DNA from: Acidobacteriota bacterium | GTDB taxonomy: Bacteria; Acidobacteriota; Thermoanaerobaculia; Gp7-AA8 | Length of the DNA: 64,000 bases | Assembly: GCA_019244185.1 (NCBI GenBank) | Contig: JAFATB010000025.1 | Span: 96,001-160,000, forward strand | Direction of reading: 5' to 3' | Shown here: positions 28,549 to 37,901 of the stretch, piece after piece | How positions within the stretch are numbered: position 1 is the first letter of the stretch | Layout: each line of letters begins with the position of its first letter | Notes under the pieces: generated by a model | Databases searched by the model: none | Seen by the model: the letters and a program-made list of their open reading frames with translations, nothing else | Told to the model about the DNA's origin: nothing | Position numbers and translations under genes: made by a program

Positions 28549-29111
28549 TGATGCGCAACTGGACGTTGTTCGCCTTATCTCTCTTCCTCGGCTGCTCGGC
28601 CGCCGTGCAGCAGCCGCAAACGCCGCGCTTCGAAGTCACGAGCGCGACGTTCGCGGCCGGCGCGACGCTGCCCGATCGCACGATGCTGAACGGCCTCGAT
28701 TGCACGGGACCGAACGTCTCCCCCGCCCTCGCCTGGCGTAACGCGCCGGCGGCGACGCGGAGCTTCGCGTTCGTCTTCGACGACTACGAGGCGCGCGGCG
28801 GCGACGGCTTCGTGCATTGGGCCGCATACAACATCCCCGCGACCGTGAGCGCGATCGCGGAGAACGCGGGCGCGGCCGAGGGCGAGCTCGCGGGCGGCGG
28901 ACGCCAGGCGTACAACGACTTTCTGCGCCGCAGCTACGGCGGTCCGTGCCCGCCGGAAGGTCCGCCGCACAAGTACCGCTTCACCGTTTACGCGACGGAC
29001 CTGCCGTCGATCGACGACGCCGGCACGCCGATGACGTGGCGGAAGCTGCGCTTCATCCTGCGCGGCCACGTGCTCGCCGAGGCGTCGCTCACCGGCTTGC
29101 GCGGGCACTGA
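28548..29111 (+). CDS. YbhB/YbcL (PEBP) family protein, likely lipoprotein
   Basis: Lipobox FLGC; NVSPALAW, FVHW, YGGPCPP..HKYRFTVYA. Confidence 0.9.
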   Translation: MMRNWTLFALSLFLGCSAAVQQPQTPRFEVTSATFAAGATLPDRTMLNGLDCTGPNVSPALAWRNAPAATRSFAFVFDDYEARGGDGFVHWAAYNIPATVSAIAENAGAAEGELAGGGRQAYNDFLRRSYGGPCPPEGPPHKYRFTVYATDLPSIDDAGTPMTWRKLRFILRGHVLAEASLTGLRGH

Positions 29112-29113
29112 GC

Positions 29114-29467
29114 ATGGGCGCGCGAGTGCTTGCCCACCTCGTTCGCGGGACGCGCGAGTACGGCGTGCCGCTCGTCTTCGCCGCGAGCGTCCTCGTCAGC
29201 GGCGCTCCCGCCGTACCGATCCTCGGCATCCGCGGCGCGGTGGCGTTCGGGATCCTGCTGAGCGCGTGGCTGCTCTTCGCGCGCGTGCTCGTCGCGGCCG
29301 TCGTCGGTCATCCCGTCACGCAAATGGTGTCGTTGCGCGTCGGGACGATCGCCTGCAGCGTCGTCTCCGGTGGCGCGGCGATCGTCGCGGCGGCCGCGCT
29401 CGACGTGCGGCTCGTGTGGGGCGCGCTCTGCGCGGTCGCATTCAGCGAGTGGTTCTATTGGCGCTGA
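29114..29467 (+). CDS. Hypothetical membrane protein
   Basis: About 4 hydrophobic segments; starts 2 nt after the upstream stop. Confidence 0.55.
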   Translation: MGARVLAHLVRGTREYGVPLVFAASVLVSGAPAVPILGIRGAVAFGILLSAWLLFARVLVAAVVGHPVTQMVSLRVGTIACSVVSGGAAIVAAAALDVRLVWGALCAVAFSEWFYWR

Positions 29468-29477
29468 CGCCGCGACC

Positions 29478-30206
29478 TCAGCGCGCCGGCGCGCCGCCGC
29501 GCCACGCCGGCAGCGGTCGGGCGCCGATCGCGACCTCGAACGCGGCGCGGGCGAGCAGCCGCGTGGAGTCGAGCGTCGGCAGCGGCGACACGTCCGGCGT
29601 CACCAGCAGCGGGATCTCCGTGCACACGAGCGCGACCGCGTCGCATCCTCGCGATGCGAGCGACTCGATGATGCGCACGTACTCGGCGCGCGATGCCTCC
29701 GTGAAGATGCCGTTGACGAGCTCTTCGAAGATCACGCGGTTGATCCGCGCGCGGTCCTCCGGGCCGGGGACTTCCACGTCGATGCCGCGCGCGGCGAACG
29801 CCTGCGGGTAAATCCAGCTTTCCATCAGGTAGCGCGTGCCGAGGATCCCGACGCGGCGATGCTGCACCCGCGCGGCGTGATCGGCGACGACGTCCGCGAG
29901 GTGCAGGCCGGGCAGCGCCAGCGCCTCGCCCTCCTGCTCGAGGGCCATGTGCGCGGTGTTGTCGGGACAGACGAAAAAGTCCGCGCCGGCAGCGGCGAGG
30001 CGTTTCACGCTGACCGCGAGAATGTCGCGGATCTCCGGATAGCGGCCCTCGTCCCACAGCGGCATGCTGCGGCTCATCGAGATGCAGTCGAGGGTGACGT
30101 CGGGATGGTCGTGCGCGCCGAGGCGGGCGAAGCCTTCCTGACAGAACGTGCGGAAACAGAGGGCCGCGCCCTCGGTGCTGTGCGCGAGAATGCCGAGATG
30201 CCTCAT
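29478..30206 (-). CDS. Aspartate/glutamate racemase-family protein
   Basis: CPDNTAH and LVCTEIP catalytic-Cys motifs; GILGT; LDST. Confidence 0.9.
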   Translation of the reverse strand: MRHLGILAHSTEGAALCFRTFCQEGFARLGAHDHPDVTLDCISMSRSMPLWDEGRYPEIRDILAVSVKRLAAAGADFFVCPDNTAHMALEQEGEALALPGLHLADVVADHAARVQHRRVGILGTRYLMESWIYPQAFAARGIDVEVPGPEDRARINRVIFEELVNGIFTEASRAEYVRIIESLASRGCDAVALVCTEIPLLVTPDVSPLPTLDSTRLLARAAFEVAIGARPLPAWRGGAPAR

Positions 30207-30245
30207 GCGCGACAGTATAGCCTACCGCAGTACGAATGTACCGTA

Positions 30246-30265
30246 CTACCGTGGTACCATGGTAG
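30246..30265. promoter_or_regulatory. Palindromic operator candidate
   Basis: CTACCGTGGTACCATGGTAG near-perfect palindrome, with further GTAC copies just upstream, in the divergent gap. Confidence 0.5.
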
Positions 30266-30267
30266 CC

Positions 30268-30552
30268 ATGAGCGAAACCGACGACCGCATCGCCGTCGAA
30301 CGGATCCAGACCGGCGTGCGCATGGAGAAGCGCCTGGTGAAGGTGCTCAAGGGCCTGGCCGAGTATCACGACATGTCGCTGGGCGACCTCCTCGAAGGCA
30401 TCGTGCTCCACGCCTTCGACAACAAGACGCCGTTCGGCCGCGAGTCGCTGCGGAAGATCGAGGAACTGAAAAAGGTGTATCACCTCGACCTCGACTCCGC
30501 TGCCAGCCACCGCCTCACCGAGACGAGGAAGGCGCGCCGTGGACAATCGTGA
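30268..30552 (+). CDS. Small putative ribbon-helix-helix DNA-binding protein
   Basis: Alternating strand IQTGVRM followed by two helices (KRLVKVLKGLAE / SLGDLLEGIV); alternative start 30259. Confidence 0.65.
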   Translation: MSETDDRIAVERIQTGVRMEKRLVKVLKGLAEYHDMSLGDLLEGIVLHAFDNKTPFGRESLRKIEELKKVYHLDLDSAASHRLTETRKARRGQS

Positions 30553-30922
30553 GTTCGCCGCCGCCTTCGAGGCGTGCACGCTCGCGCCGTTTCATCACGC
30601 CGATCACGTGCGCCTCGCGTGGATCTACCTGCGCGAGGCGCCGCTGCTCGACGCGCTGCACCGCTTCGTCACCGGCCTGCAGCGCTACGCCGCCAGCCGC
30701 GGCGCGTCGGGGCTCTATCACGAGACGATCACCTGGGCGTTCCTCTTCCTGATTCACGAGCGGATGCAGCGCTCCTCCGCGAGCGACTTCGCGGAGTTCG
30801 CCGAAGCGAATCCCGACCTTCTGCGGTGGAAGCCGTCCGTGCTCGACCGCTACTACCGCGCCGAAACGCTGCAGTCCGACCTCGCCCGCCGCACCTTCGT
30901 CCTGCCTGACCTAGGCGCGTAA
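30539..30922 (+). CDS. Conserved hypothetical protein
   Basis: FHHADHVRLAW, YHETITW, YY...L.SDLARRTFVLPD; overlaps the upstream gene. Confidence 0.8.
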   Translation: MDNREFAAAFEACTLAPFHHADHVRLAWIYLREAPLLDALHRFVTGLQRYAASRGASGLYHETITWAFLFLIHERMQRSSASDFAEFAEANPDLLRWKPSVLDRYYRAETLQSDLARRTFVLPDLGA

Positions 30923-30985
30923 AGCGTGTAACCCGCCGCGGGCCGCTCAGCCGCTCGCCGGCTGGAGCGCCCCGCAAGATCGCAG

Positions 30986-31003
30986 CGGCGCGAAGCGCCG
31001 TTT
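30986..31003 (+). terminator. Possible weak terminator
   Basis: CGGCGC-GAA-GCGCCG followed by TTT. Confidence 0.35.
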
Positions 31004-31010
31004 GCCGATC

Positions 31011-31053
31011 TACGAAGAAGTTCGTTGACCTTACGAAACCTTTCGTATAGTCT
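31011..31053 (+). promoter_or_regulatory. Sigma70 promoter with tandem BlaI-type operators
   Basis: TTGACC 31025-31030, 17 bp, TAGTCT 31048-31053; perfect palindrome TACGAAA-CC-TTTCGTA 31032-31047 and second site TACGAA-GAAG-TTCGTT 31011-31026. Confidence 0.8.
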
Positions 31054-31081
31054 GCCGTACATGACAGCGGAGGCACTCGCG

Positions 31082-31471
31082 ATGGGCGACATCACAACCC
31101 CCAGACCTACCGATGCGGAGCTCGCGATTCTTCGCGTGCTCTGGGAACGCGGCTCGAGCACGGTCCGCGAAGTCCACGACGCGCTCAGCCGCTCGCAGGA
31201 CACCGGCTACACCACGGTGCTCAAGCTCCTGCAGATCATGACCGAGAAAGGGCTCGTCGTCCGCGACGAGTCGCAGCGCGCGCACGTCTACTCGTCCAAA
31301 CTCGGAGAGCAGCGGACGCAGCGCCAGCTGATCGGCGATCTGATGGACCGTGCCTTCGGCGGCTCGCCGACGAAGCTGGTTCTGCAGGCACTCTCGACGA
31401 CGAAAGCGAGCGCGGAAGAGCTCCGCGCCATCCGCCGCATGCTCGACGAATTGGAAGGAGACGCGCGATGA
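31082..31471 (+). CDS. BlaI/MecI/CopY-family repressor
   Basis: PTDAELAILRVLW..STVREV..YTTVLKLLQIMTEKGLV..AHVY; GGAGG RBS (alternative leaderless ATG 31061). Confidence 0.94.
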   Translation: MGDITTPRPTDAELAILRVLWERGSSTVREVHDALSRSQDTGYTTVLKLLQIMTEKGLVVRDESQRAHVYSSKLGEQRTQRQLIGDLMDRAFGGSPTKLVLQALSTTKASAEELRAIRRMLDELEGDAR

Positions 31472-33612
31472 ACGCGATGGAGCTGTTGACCGGACCGCTG
31501 GCCCAGGCAATCGGGTGGGCTCTCCTGCATCTACTCTGGCAGGCCACGATCGTGGCGGCCATTCTCGGCGCCGTGCTCGCGCTGCTCTCGAACCAGAGCG
31601 CCGGCGCGCGTTACGTCGCCTCGTGCGCCGCCCTCGCCGTCGTCTTCACGATGTTCCTCGGCACCGCGTGGCGCGCGTACGATCCGGCCGTCGCGCCGAT
31701 CGCCGTCGCGCCGCACGCATCGGCGGTGCAGACCTCGATCTCGCTCGCGAAAGTGCCGCTCGTCATCGCCGTCGACGCCGCGCGCACGTGGCGCGAGCGC
31801 GCCACCGATCTCGCCGCCGCCGCACGCCAGTCGCTCCCCGGCGTCGTCGCGCTCTGGCTCGTCGGCGTCGCGCTGCTCTCGCTGCGCCTGCTCGTCAGCT
31901 GGAGCCGCGCGCGGAACCTCGTGCGCCGCGACGCGACGGAAGCCTCGCCGCAGTGGCTCGCCGTCGCCGCGCGCCTCTCGAACGCGCTCGGCCTGCGCCG
32001 CGGCGTGCGGCTCCTCGAGTCCGCCGCGATCGAAGTGCCGTCCGTCATCGGCTCGCTGCGTCCGGTGATCCTCCTGCCGGCGAGCACGCTCACCGGCCTC
32101 ACGCCCGAACAGCTCGAGATGGTGCTCGCGCACGAGCTCGCGCACATCCGCCGTCACGACTTCCTCGTGAACCTCCTCCAGGCGTTCGTCGAGACGCTGA
32201 TGTTCTATCACCCGGCGGTGTGGTGGATGTCGCGCCGCGTGCGCATCGAGCGCGAGCACTGCTGCGACGATCTCGCCGTCTCGGTGTGCGGCAATCCGCT
32301 GCAGTACGCCCGTGCGCTGACCCGCCTCGAAGAACTGCGCGCGGCCGCGCTGCCGGTCGTCGTCGCCGCGAACGGAGGCTCGCTCCTCGAGCGCATCCGC
32401 CGCATCGCCACGCGCCGCACCGAGCTCACCGCCTCCAGCCCGCGCTGGACCGCCGCCGTGGCCATGCTGGTCATCGTCGGCGCGGCGCTGGCCGTGCCGT
32501 CGCTCCCGGCGCTCGCACAGCGCGACACGAGCAAGACCGCGAAACACGCCGACGCGAAGAAGAGCGACGCGAAGAAGTCGTCGTCGCGCGTCGAAGTCGT
32601 CGCGCCCGAGAGCAACAACGAGCACGAGGACGACATCACCATCGACAACTCGATGGACGATGACGCCGACAACGACACGAACAACGACAACGACGACGAT
32701 TACGCGATGCCGGCCATCCCGCCGACGCCGGGCATGCCCGCCGCGCCGCCGGTGCCCATGGTCGCACCGTCGATGCCTTCCGCTCCGGCGATGCCGGGCA
32801 CTCCCGCCCTCCCCGCGCCGCCCGCGATTCCTGCCGCTCCGATGATCGCGGGCATGCCGCATCCGATGGTCGCGCCGCGCGCCCCGGTCGCCATGGCCGC
32901 GCTGAATGACCCCGACGTCGATGTGGACGTCGACGCCGACGTCGACGTGGACACCGACTCCGATGAGCGCGATCCGCACGACCGCAAGCTCTCCGACGGC
33001 AAGCTGACGGTCGACGAGCTGATCGCGATGCGCGCCGTCGGCGTGACGCCGCAGTACGTCAACGAGATGCGCGCGCTGTTCCCCGACGTCACCGTGCACG
33101 AGCTGGTCGGCGCGCGCGCGGTCGGCGTGTCCACCGAGTACGTGCGCAAACTGCGCGACGCCGGCATCGAAGTGAAGTCGGCGCGCGCGGCGCAGAACCT
33201 CGCCGCCGTCGGCGTCAAGCCGGAGTTCATCCGCGCCATGCGCGACACCGGTCTGGCGGTCAACAACGCGCACGACGCGCAAGGCCTCGCCGCCGTCGGC
33301 GTCACCGCGGAGTTCATCCGCTCGATGCGCGACGCCGGCATGAGCATCACCACCGCCCGCGAGGCGCAGGGTCTCGCCGCCGTCGGCGTCACGGCGCAGT
33401 ACATCCGCGACATGCGCGCGGCCGGCGTGCAGATCCACGACGCCCGCGAGGCGCAGAGCCTGCGCTCGATGGGCGTCACGCCGAAGTTCGTGCACCAGCT
33501 GGCCGACGCCGGCTACGCGAACCTCACCGTGCGCGAGCTGGTGCGCATGGCCGCGAACGGCGTCGACGGCGATTTCATCCGCGAGATGGAGCAGTACCGC
33601 AGCAAGCAGTAA
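31468..33612 (+). CDS. BlaR1-like M56 metallopeptidase with Pro/acidic linker and seven ~29-aa C-terminal repeats
   Basis: GWALLHLLWQ, LAHELAHIRRHD, FYHPAVWW, EREHCCDD; repeats of the form LxAVGVTxEFIRxMRDAG. Confidence 0.92.
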   Translation: MNAMELLTGPLAQAIGWALLHLLWQATIVAAILGAVLALLSNQSAGARYVASCAALAVVFTMFLGTAWRAYDPAVAPIAVAPHASAVQTSISLAKVPLVIAVDAARTWRERATDLAAAARQSLPGVVALWLVGVALLSLRLLVSWSRARNLVRRDATEASPQWLAVAARLSNALGLRRGVRLLESAAIEVPSVIGSLRPVILLPASTLTGLTPEQLEMVLAHELAHIRRHDFLVNLLQAFVETLMFYHPAVWWMSRRVRIEREHCCDDLAVSVCGNPLQYARALTRLEELRAAALPVVVAANGGSLLERIRRIATRRTELTASSPRWTAAVAMLVIVGAALAVPSLPALAQRDTSKTAKHADAKKSDAKKSSSRVEVVAPESNNEHEDDITIDNSMDDDADNDTNNDNDDDYAMPAIPPTPGMPAAPPVPMVAPSMPSAPAMPGTPALPAPPAIPAAPMIAGMPHPMVAPRAPVAMAALNDPDVDVDVDADVDVDTDSDERDPHDRKLSDGKLTVDELIAMRAVGVTPQYVNEMRALFPDVTVHELVGARAVGVSTEYVRKLRDAGIEVKSARAAQNLAAVGVKPEFIRAMRDTGLAVNNAHDAQGLAAVGVTAEFIRSMRDAGMSITTAREAQGLAAVGVTAQYIRDMRAAGVQIHDAREAQSLRSMGVTPKFVHQLADAGYANLTVRELVRMAANGVDGDFIREMEQYRSKQ

Positions 33613-33638
33613 AGACGTTGACCAACAGGAGAACGATC

Positions 33639-34643
33639 ATGAAGCGTATTGCGACGCTCGCGCTCGTCGTGTCTTTGCTCGCCGCCGCCTCCGCGTTCGC
33701 CTCGTTCGAGGGCTCGTGGACCGCGAGTCCGGACGAGAAGCACCCGGAGCGGCTCTACTTCAGCCTCAGCCACCGCCATCAGTTCAACAACGGCTCGACG
33801 ATGAACATCGCCGAGTTCACGGGCCTCAGCGACGCGGCGATTCACGCCGCGACGTCGACGCCGGTGCGCTTCGAGCTGCGCCGCGAGGCGGGGCTCGTCG
33901 CGTTCGACGGCTCGTTCCGCAACGGCCACGGCGCCGGGCAGTTCACCTTCACCGGTAACCCCGATTACGTGAACAAGCTGCGCGCGATGGGCATCGACGT
34001 CGACCTGCGCAAGCACCACCGCCACGATGACGACGACGAGGCCATCACCGAGGAGGAAACGCTCTTCACGATGGCGCTGCTCGACGTCTCCACCGACTAC
34101 ATCAAGTCGATGCGCGCGGTCGGCTACGACGTCTCGCTCGATCAGTACCTCTCCATGCGCATCTTCCGCGTGACGCCCGAGCTCGTGCGCGAGCTCGGCT
34201 CCCTCGGCTTTCGCAACATCGAGGCGGACGATCTCATCACCACGCGCATTCACGGCGTCACGCCCGACTACATCCGCCAGATGCGCGCCGCCGGCTGGAA
34301 CCTCACGCTCGACGAGCTCGTGACCAGCCGCATTCACGGCGCGACCCCGGAGTTCGCCGCGGAAATGAAGAGGCTCGGCTACGGCGATCTCAGTCACGAC
34401 CGCCTCGTCGAGTTCCGCATCCACGGCGTCTCGCCGAAGTTCATCAGCGACCTCCGCGACCTCGGCTACGACCACGTCCCCGCGGAGAAGCTCGTCGAGA
34501 TGCGCATCTTCCGCGTGACGCCGGAGTTCATCCGCGAGCTCGCGAAGGCCGGCTACAAGCGCGTGCCGGTGGAGAAGCTCGTGGAGATGCGCATGCACGG
34601 CATCGACGCGAAGTTCCTCGACAAGATGAGCAAAGTGCAATAG
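33639..34643 (+). CDS. Secreted protein with seven ~29-aa repeats
   Basis: AGGAGA RBS, signal peptide, repeats of the form LVEMRIHGVTPEFIRELxxLGY. Confidence 0.85.
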   Translation: MKRIATLALVVSLLAAASAFASFEGSWTASPDEKHPERLYFSLSHRHQFNNGSTMNIAEFTGLSDAAIHAATSTPVRFELRREAGLVAFDGSFRNGHGAGQFTFTGNPDYVNKLRAMGIDVDLRKHHRHDDDDEAITEEETLFTMALLDVSTDYIKSMRAVGYDVSLDQYLSMRIFRVTPELVRELGSLGFRNIEADDLITTRIHGVTPDYIRQMRAAGWNLTLDELVTSRIHGATPEFAAEMKRLGYGDLSHDRLVEFRIHGVSPKFISDLRDLGYDHVPAEKLVEMRIFRVTPEFIRELAKAGYKRVPVEKLVEMRMHGIDAKFLDKMSKVQ

Positions 34644-34665
34644 CCGGCACCGCCGGCTATTGCAC
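34635..34665. terminator. Hairpin joining convergent gene ends
   Basis: Perfect 14-bp stem GTGCAATAGCCGGC-ACC-GCCGGCTATTGCAC containing both TAG stops; no U tract. Confidence 0.6.
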
Positions 34666-37600
34666 CTTCACCGCCGCGACGTAGCGAATCTCTCCGCCGC
34701 CCTCGGCCAGCCGGAACGGCTCGATGTCCACCTTGTCGTCGCCGCGCTGGATGATCACGATGCCGCGGCTGATGCCCATCGGCCCCGCCGCGAAGTAGCG
34801 CACGCCGACGTGATAGACGCCGTGCTGCACACGGCTCGTGCGGATGACTTCCGGGCCGAGCCCCTGCGTGATGTCTTCGTAGAGCTCGAGTCCCGCCGCG
34901 CTGCGCGGATTCGAGTAGTACACCTCGGTACCGGCCGGCTCGACGACGTGCAGGTCGACGTCGTTCGCGTCGGTCTCCCACGCCAGCGTGATGCGCAGCG
35001 CGTCGCGGCGCGCGAGGTCGACGTCGTGCTCGCGCGCGCGGTCTGCGATCTCGTCGCGGCGCGACGGGTCCTTCGCCTGCCACGCGCGGTACACGTAGCC
35101 GAGCTCCTCGCGCAGCACGCGGTGCACGTTGCCGTACCAGTTCGGGAACTCCTTCGTCGTCGCCGACTCGAGCAGGCGCGCGGCTTCTTCGATCCGGTTG
35201 TCCTGCCATAGCAGCAGCGCGAGACTGCGATAGCCGTTCGCGCGATCGGGGCGCAGTTCGAGCGCGCGGCGCAGCGGCGCCTCGGCGATCGACGCGCGGC
35301 CGACGCGCACGAGCAGCAGACCGGCGCGCTGCAGCAGTTCCGGTTTCGCGGGCGCGAGCTCGATCAGCGACGCGTACGCGCGCGCCGCTTCGTTTGCGTT
35401 GCCGTCGTGCTCGTCGGCCATGCCGAGGAGCTCGTAGACCTGCGGGTTCTCCGGGTCGTACGGCTGCCAGCGCAGTGCGAGGCGGCGCAGCGACGGCCAT
35501 TCGCGGAGCGCGGCGAGCGTCTCACCGAGCTGGTTGTACAGCTCGCGGTTGCGCGGATCGTTCTTCAGCTGCGCTTCGAGCTCGTCGATGCGCGAACGCG
35601 GCGGCGCGGCGTCTTTCGTCCAATCCGAACCATCGCGCGATGCGCCGGGATCCCTGTCGCGCCGTTGGCGTTCCGCCACGCGAGGAGGAGGCGGCGGCGC
35701 CGGCGGCTCCGGCACGGGATGCGGGACGTCGACCGCCGCGCGCTCGCGCGGCGCTTCCGCGGGCTGCAGCACCGGCGCGGCGGCCTGCACCGCCACCGCA
35801 TCGCGCGCCTCGTTGCGCGCGTCGATCACACCGCCCACCACGCCGCCCGCGACGCCACCCACGACACCGCCTTCCACGCCACCTTCGACACCGCCTTCGA
35901 CACCGCCCGGCACGCCTTCGGTGACGGCGATGCTCTCCGACTGGACGTTCGGCGGCGGGGCGTTTTCCACGGACACCGCGGATTGCGGCACGACGCGCGA
36001 GGCCGCCGTCGTCTTCGCCACCGGCATCGGACGTCCCGGCGGCAGCGGATCGCGATGGTCGATGCGCCCGATCCCGCCCGCGTCGATCGCGAGGATCGCG
36101 GCGAGCGCGCGGCGGTCGAGACCGAAGCGCTGGTAATCCCATTCGCTTTCGAGCACGAGCATCGTCGTGCGCGGAATGACCACGCGCTGTTCGGTGCTGA
36201 TGCGCACTTGCTCGGTCGCGAGCGCGCGGCGCACCGCGTCGGACGGCTCCGACGCCTCGCGCGCGGCGAGATAGTCGAGGTACGCGCGGTATGCCTCGCG
36301 TTCGAGCAGCGGACCGAACGTCGCATCGAGCCGCTGCGCTCCGTTCGCCCGCTCGGAGGCGACGGAGACCTGCGGCTCGGAGCCGACGCGCGACTTGCCG
36401 AGGACGAGAATCTCGTCGCCGTCGGCGACGTCGTCAAAGTGCGTCGGGTAGAGCCATTCCGCCGCGGGATCGGACGCATCGAACGACGCGCCGAGCGGCG
36501 CCTGCAGCAGACGCGCGGCTTCGCGAGCGTTCGTATCGAGCGTGGCGGTGAACGGCACGCGCACGATGCGGCCGCGTCCCGCGGTGAGCGTGCGCGCGAG
36601 TGAGGCTTCCTCGCGCGCGCCGAGGATGAGCGCGTGGACGCGGGCGTCGCGAGGCAGCGCGGCGATCGCGGAAGTCAGCTGATGCGACTCCGTTTCGCCG
36701 AGCGTGGCCACGAGATCGCTGGCGACGACGATGTTGCGCGACGCGCTCGCGTTGCGCGCGAGGTCGCGGAAGAGCGCGGAGAGATCGGTGCCGCCGAGGA
36801 AGAGGCGATTGCGAAGGAGGTCGCCGACGCGCGGCGCGAGGTCGGCGGCGGTGCCGTTCGCGAGCGGCGCGAGCTCCTGATCGAAGGCCACGAGACGCAC
36901 GCTGTCGTTCGGCGGCAATGCGCCGAGGAGCTGTTCGAGCGCGCGGATGCGATGCGGCGCGGATTCGGCGGAGGAAGCGGAGGTGTCGACGTAGAAGAGC
37001 CACGCGTGCGGCGCTGCGACTTTCGACTGCGCGACCGGCGGACGAAACGCCGCGACGTAGAAGTCGCCGGCGCGCAGGATGCGCGCGCGCGGCGCGTCGG
37101 CGGTGGCCTGCCAGGTCATGACGAGATCGCGGTCGGGCGTCCAGTCGCGTTCATCGAAGCGCGTGACTTCGGCGGTGGTCGTGGTCAGCTTGCCCGCCGT
37201 CTCCTCGCCGGGCACGGGCGTGACGAAGCCGCGGAAAGTCAACTTGTTGATCTTCGGCAGGCCGCGCAGCGGCAGCGCGTACGTGCGGACGCCGCCGCGC
37301 ATCGGCAGCAGTTGCGTGTACGAGACGAGCAGCCGCACCGGCGCGTTCGGATCGATCGGGAAGATGCGCGCGGAGAACCGGTTCCCCTGGTCCTGCTCGA
37401 GCAGCGCCGGGTCGCGCATCTGGTGGAGGAACTGCTCGTACACCTGATTCGCGCGCAGCCGTTCAACGACCTCGCCTTCCATCAGCGCGCCGTTGATCTC
37501 CTTCGCGAAGCGGCTGATCGCCGCGTCGGGCGGGAGCGTGCACGTGAAGCGCCCTTCGATGCGCCGTGCCTGCGGATTCCGGAAGCGCAGCTCGAGCTCC

Positions 37601-37860
37601 GTCAGCGACAGCATGCCGTGAATGGCCGTGCGCGCGGAGAGCTCTTCGAGCACGAGCTCCTGCCCGTCGGGATCGGCGAACGTGATCAGCGGCGCGGCCG
37701 CGACAGGCGGCGCCGGCTTCGCCGCGAGTGCCACCGGCGCCGCCCGCTCCCCGCCCTTCGGCGCGCTCGCGGCACCGCGCGGTTGCACCGCGGAATGCGG
37801 CATGGTGGTACGAATCGAGAGAAGAAGCGCGGCAGCGGCGAGAACGAACTTCGTGTTCAT
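34657..37860 (-). CDS. Exported VIT + vWA + TPR + DUF2135-like protein
   Basis: FRNP..RRIEG.F..LP, DPALLE..GNRFSARIFPI (VIT); VDTSAS, GGTD, SD (MIDAS-like); TPR helices; LAWETDANDVDLHVVEP..DITQGLGPE. Confidence 0.88.
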   Translation of the reverse strand: MNTKFVLAAAALLLSIRTTMPHSAVQPRGAASAPKGGERAAPVALAAKPAPPVAAAPLITFADPDGQELVLEELSARTAIHGMLSLTELELRFRNPQARRIEGRFTCTLPPDAAISRFAKEINGALMEGEVVERLRANQVYEQFLHQMRDPALLEQDQGNRFSARIFPIDPNAPVRLLVSYTQLLPMRGGVRTYALPLRGLPKINKLTFRGFVTPVPGEETAGKLTTTTAEVTRFDERDWTPDRDLVMTWQATADAPRARILRAGDFYVAAFRPPVAQSKVAAPHAWLFYVDTSASSAESAPHRIRALEQLLGALPPNDSVRLVAFDQELAPLANGTAADLAPRVGDLLRNRLFLGGTDLSALFRDLARNASASRNIVVASDLVATLGETESHQLTSAIAALPRDARVHALILGAREEASLARTLTAGRGRIVRVPFTATLDTNAREAARLLQAPLGASFDASDPAAEWLYPTHFDDVADGDEILVLGKSRVGSEPQVSVASERANGAQRLDATFGPLLEREAYRAYLDYLAAREASEPSDAVRRALATEQVRISTEQRVVIPRTTMLVLESEWDYQRFGLDRRALAAILAIDAGGIGRIDHRDPLPPGRPMPVAKTTAASRVVPQSAVSVENAPPPNVQSESIAVTEGVPGGVEGGVEGGVEGGVVGGVAGGVVGGVIDARNEARDAVAVQAAAPVLQPAEAPRERAAVDVPHPVPEPPAPPPPPRVAERQRRDRDPGASRDGSDWTKDAAPPRSRIDELEAQLKNDPRNRELYNQLGETLAALREWPSLRRLALRWQPYDPENPQVYELLGMADEHDGNANEAARAYASLIELAPAKPELLQRAGLLLVRVGRASIAEAPLRRALELRPDRANGYRSLALLLWQDNRIEEAARLLESATTKEFPNWYGNVHRVLREELGYVYRAWQAKDPSRRDEIADRAREHDVDLARRDALRITLAWETDANDVDLHVVEPAGTEVYYSNPRSAAGLELYEDITQGLGPEVIRTSRVQHGVYHVGVRYFAAGPMGISRGIVIIQRGDDKVDIEPFRLAEGGGEIRYVAAVKVQ

Positions 37861-37901
37861 GCGTGCTTAGAGCACGCGGTGCGGGGAAAGAAAACCGCGA
37901 G

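Noticed and set aside
33004-34643. 29-aa repeats as TALE-like or other nucleic-acid-binding code repeats
   Set aside because: They are extracytoplasmic and too divergent, with no fixed hypervariable positions evident
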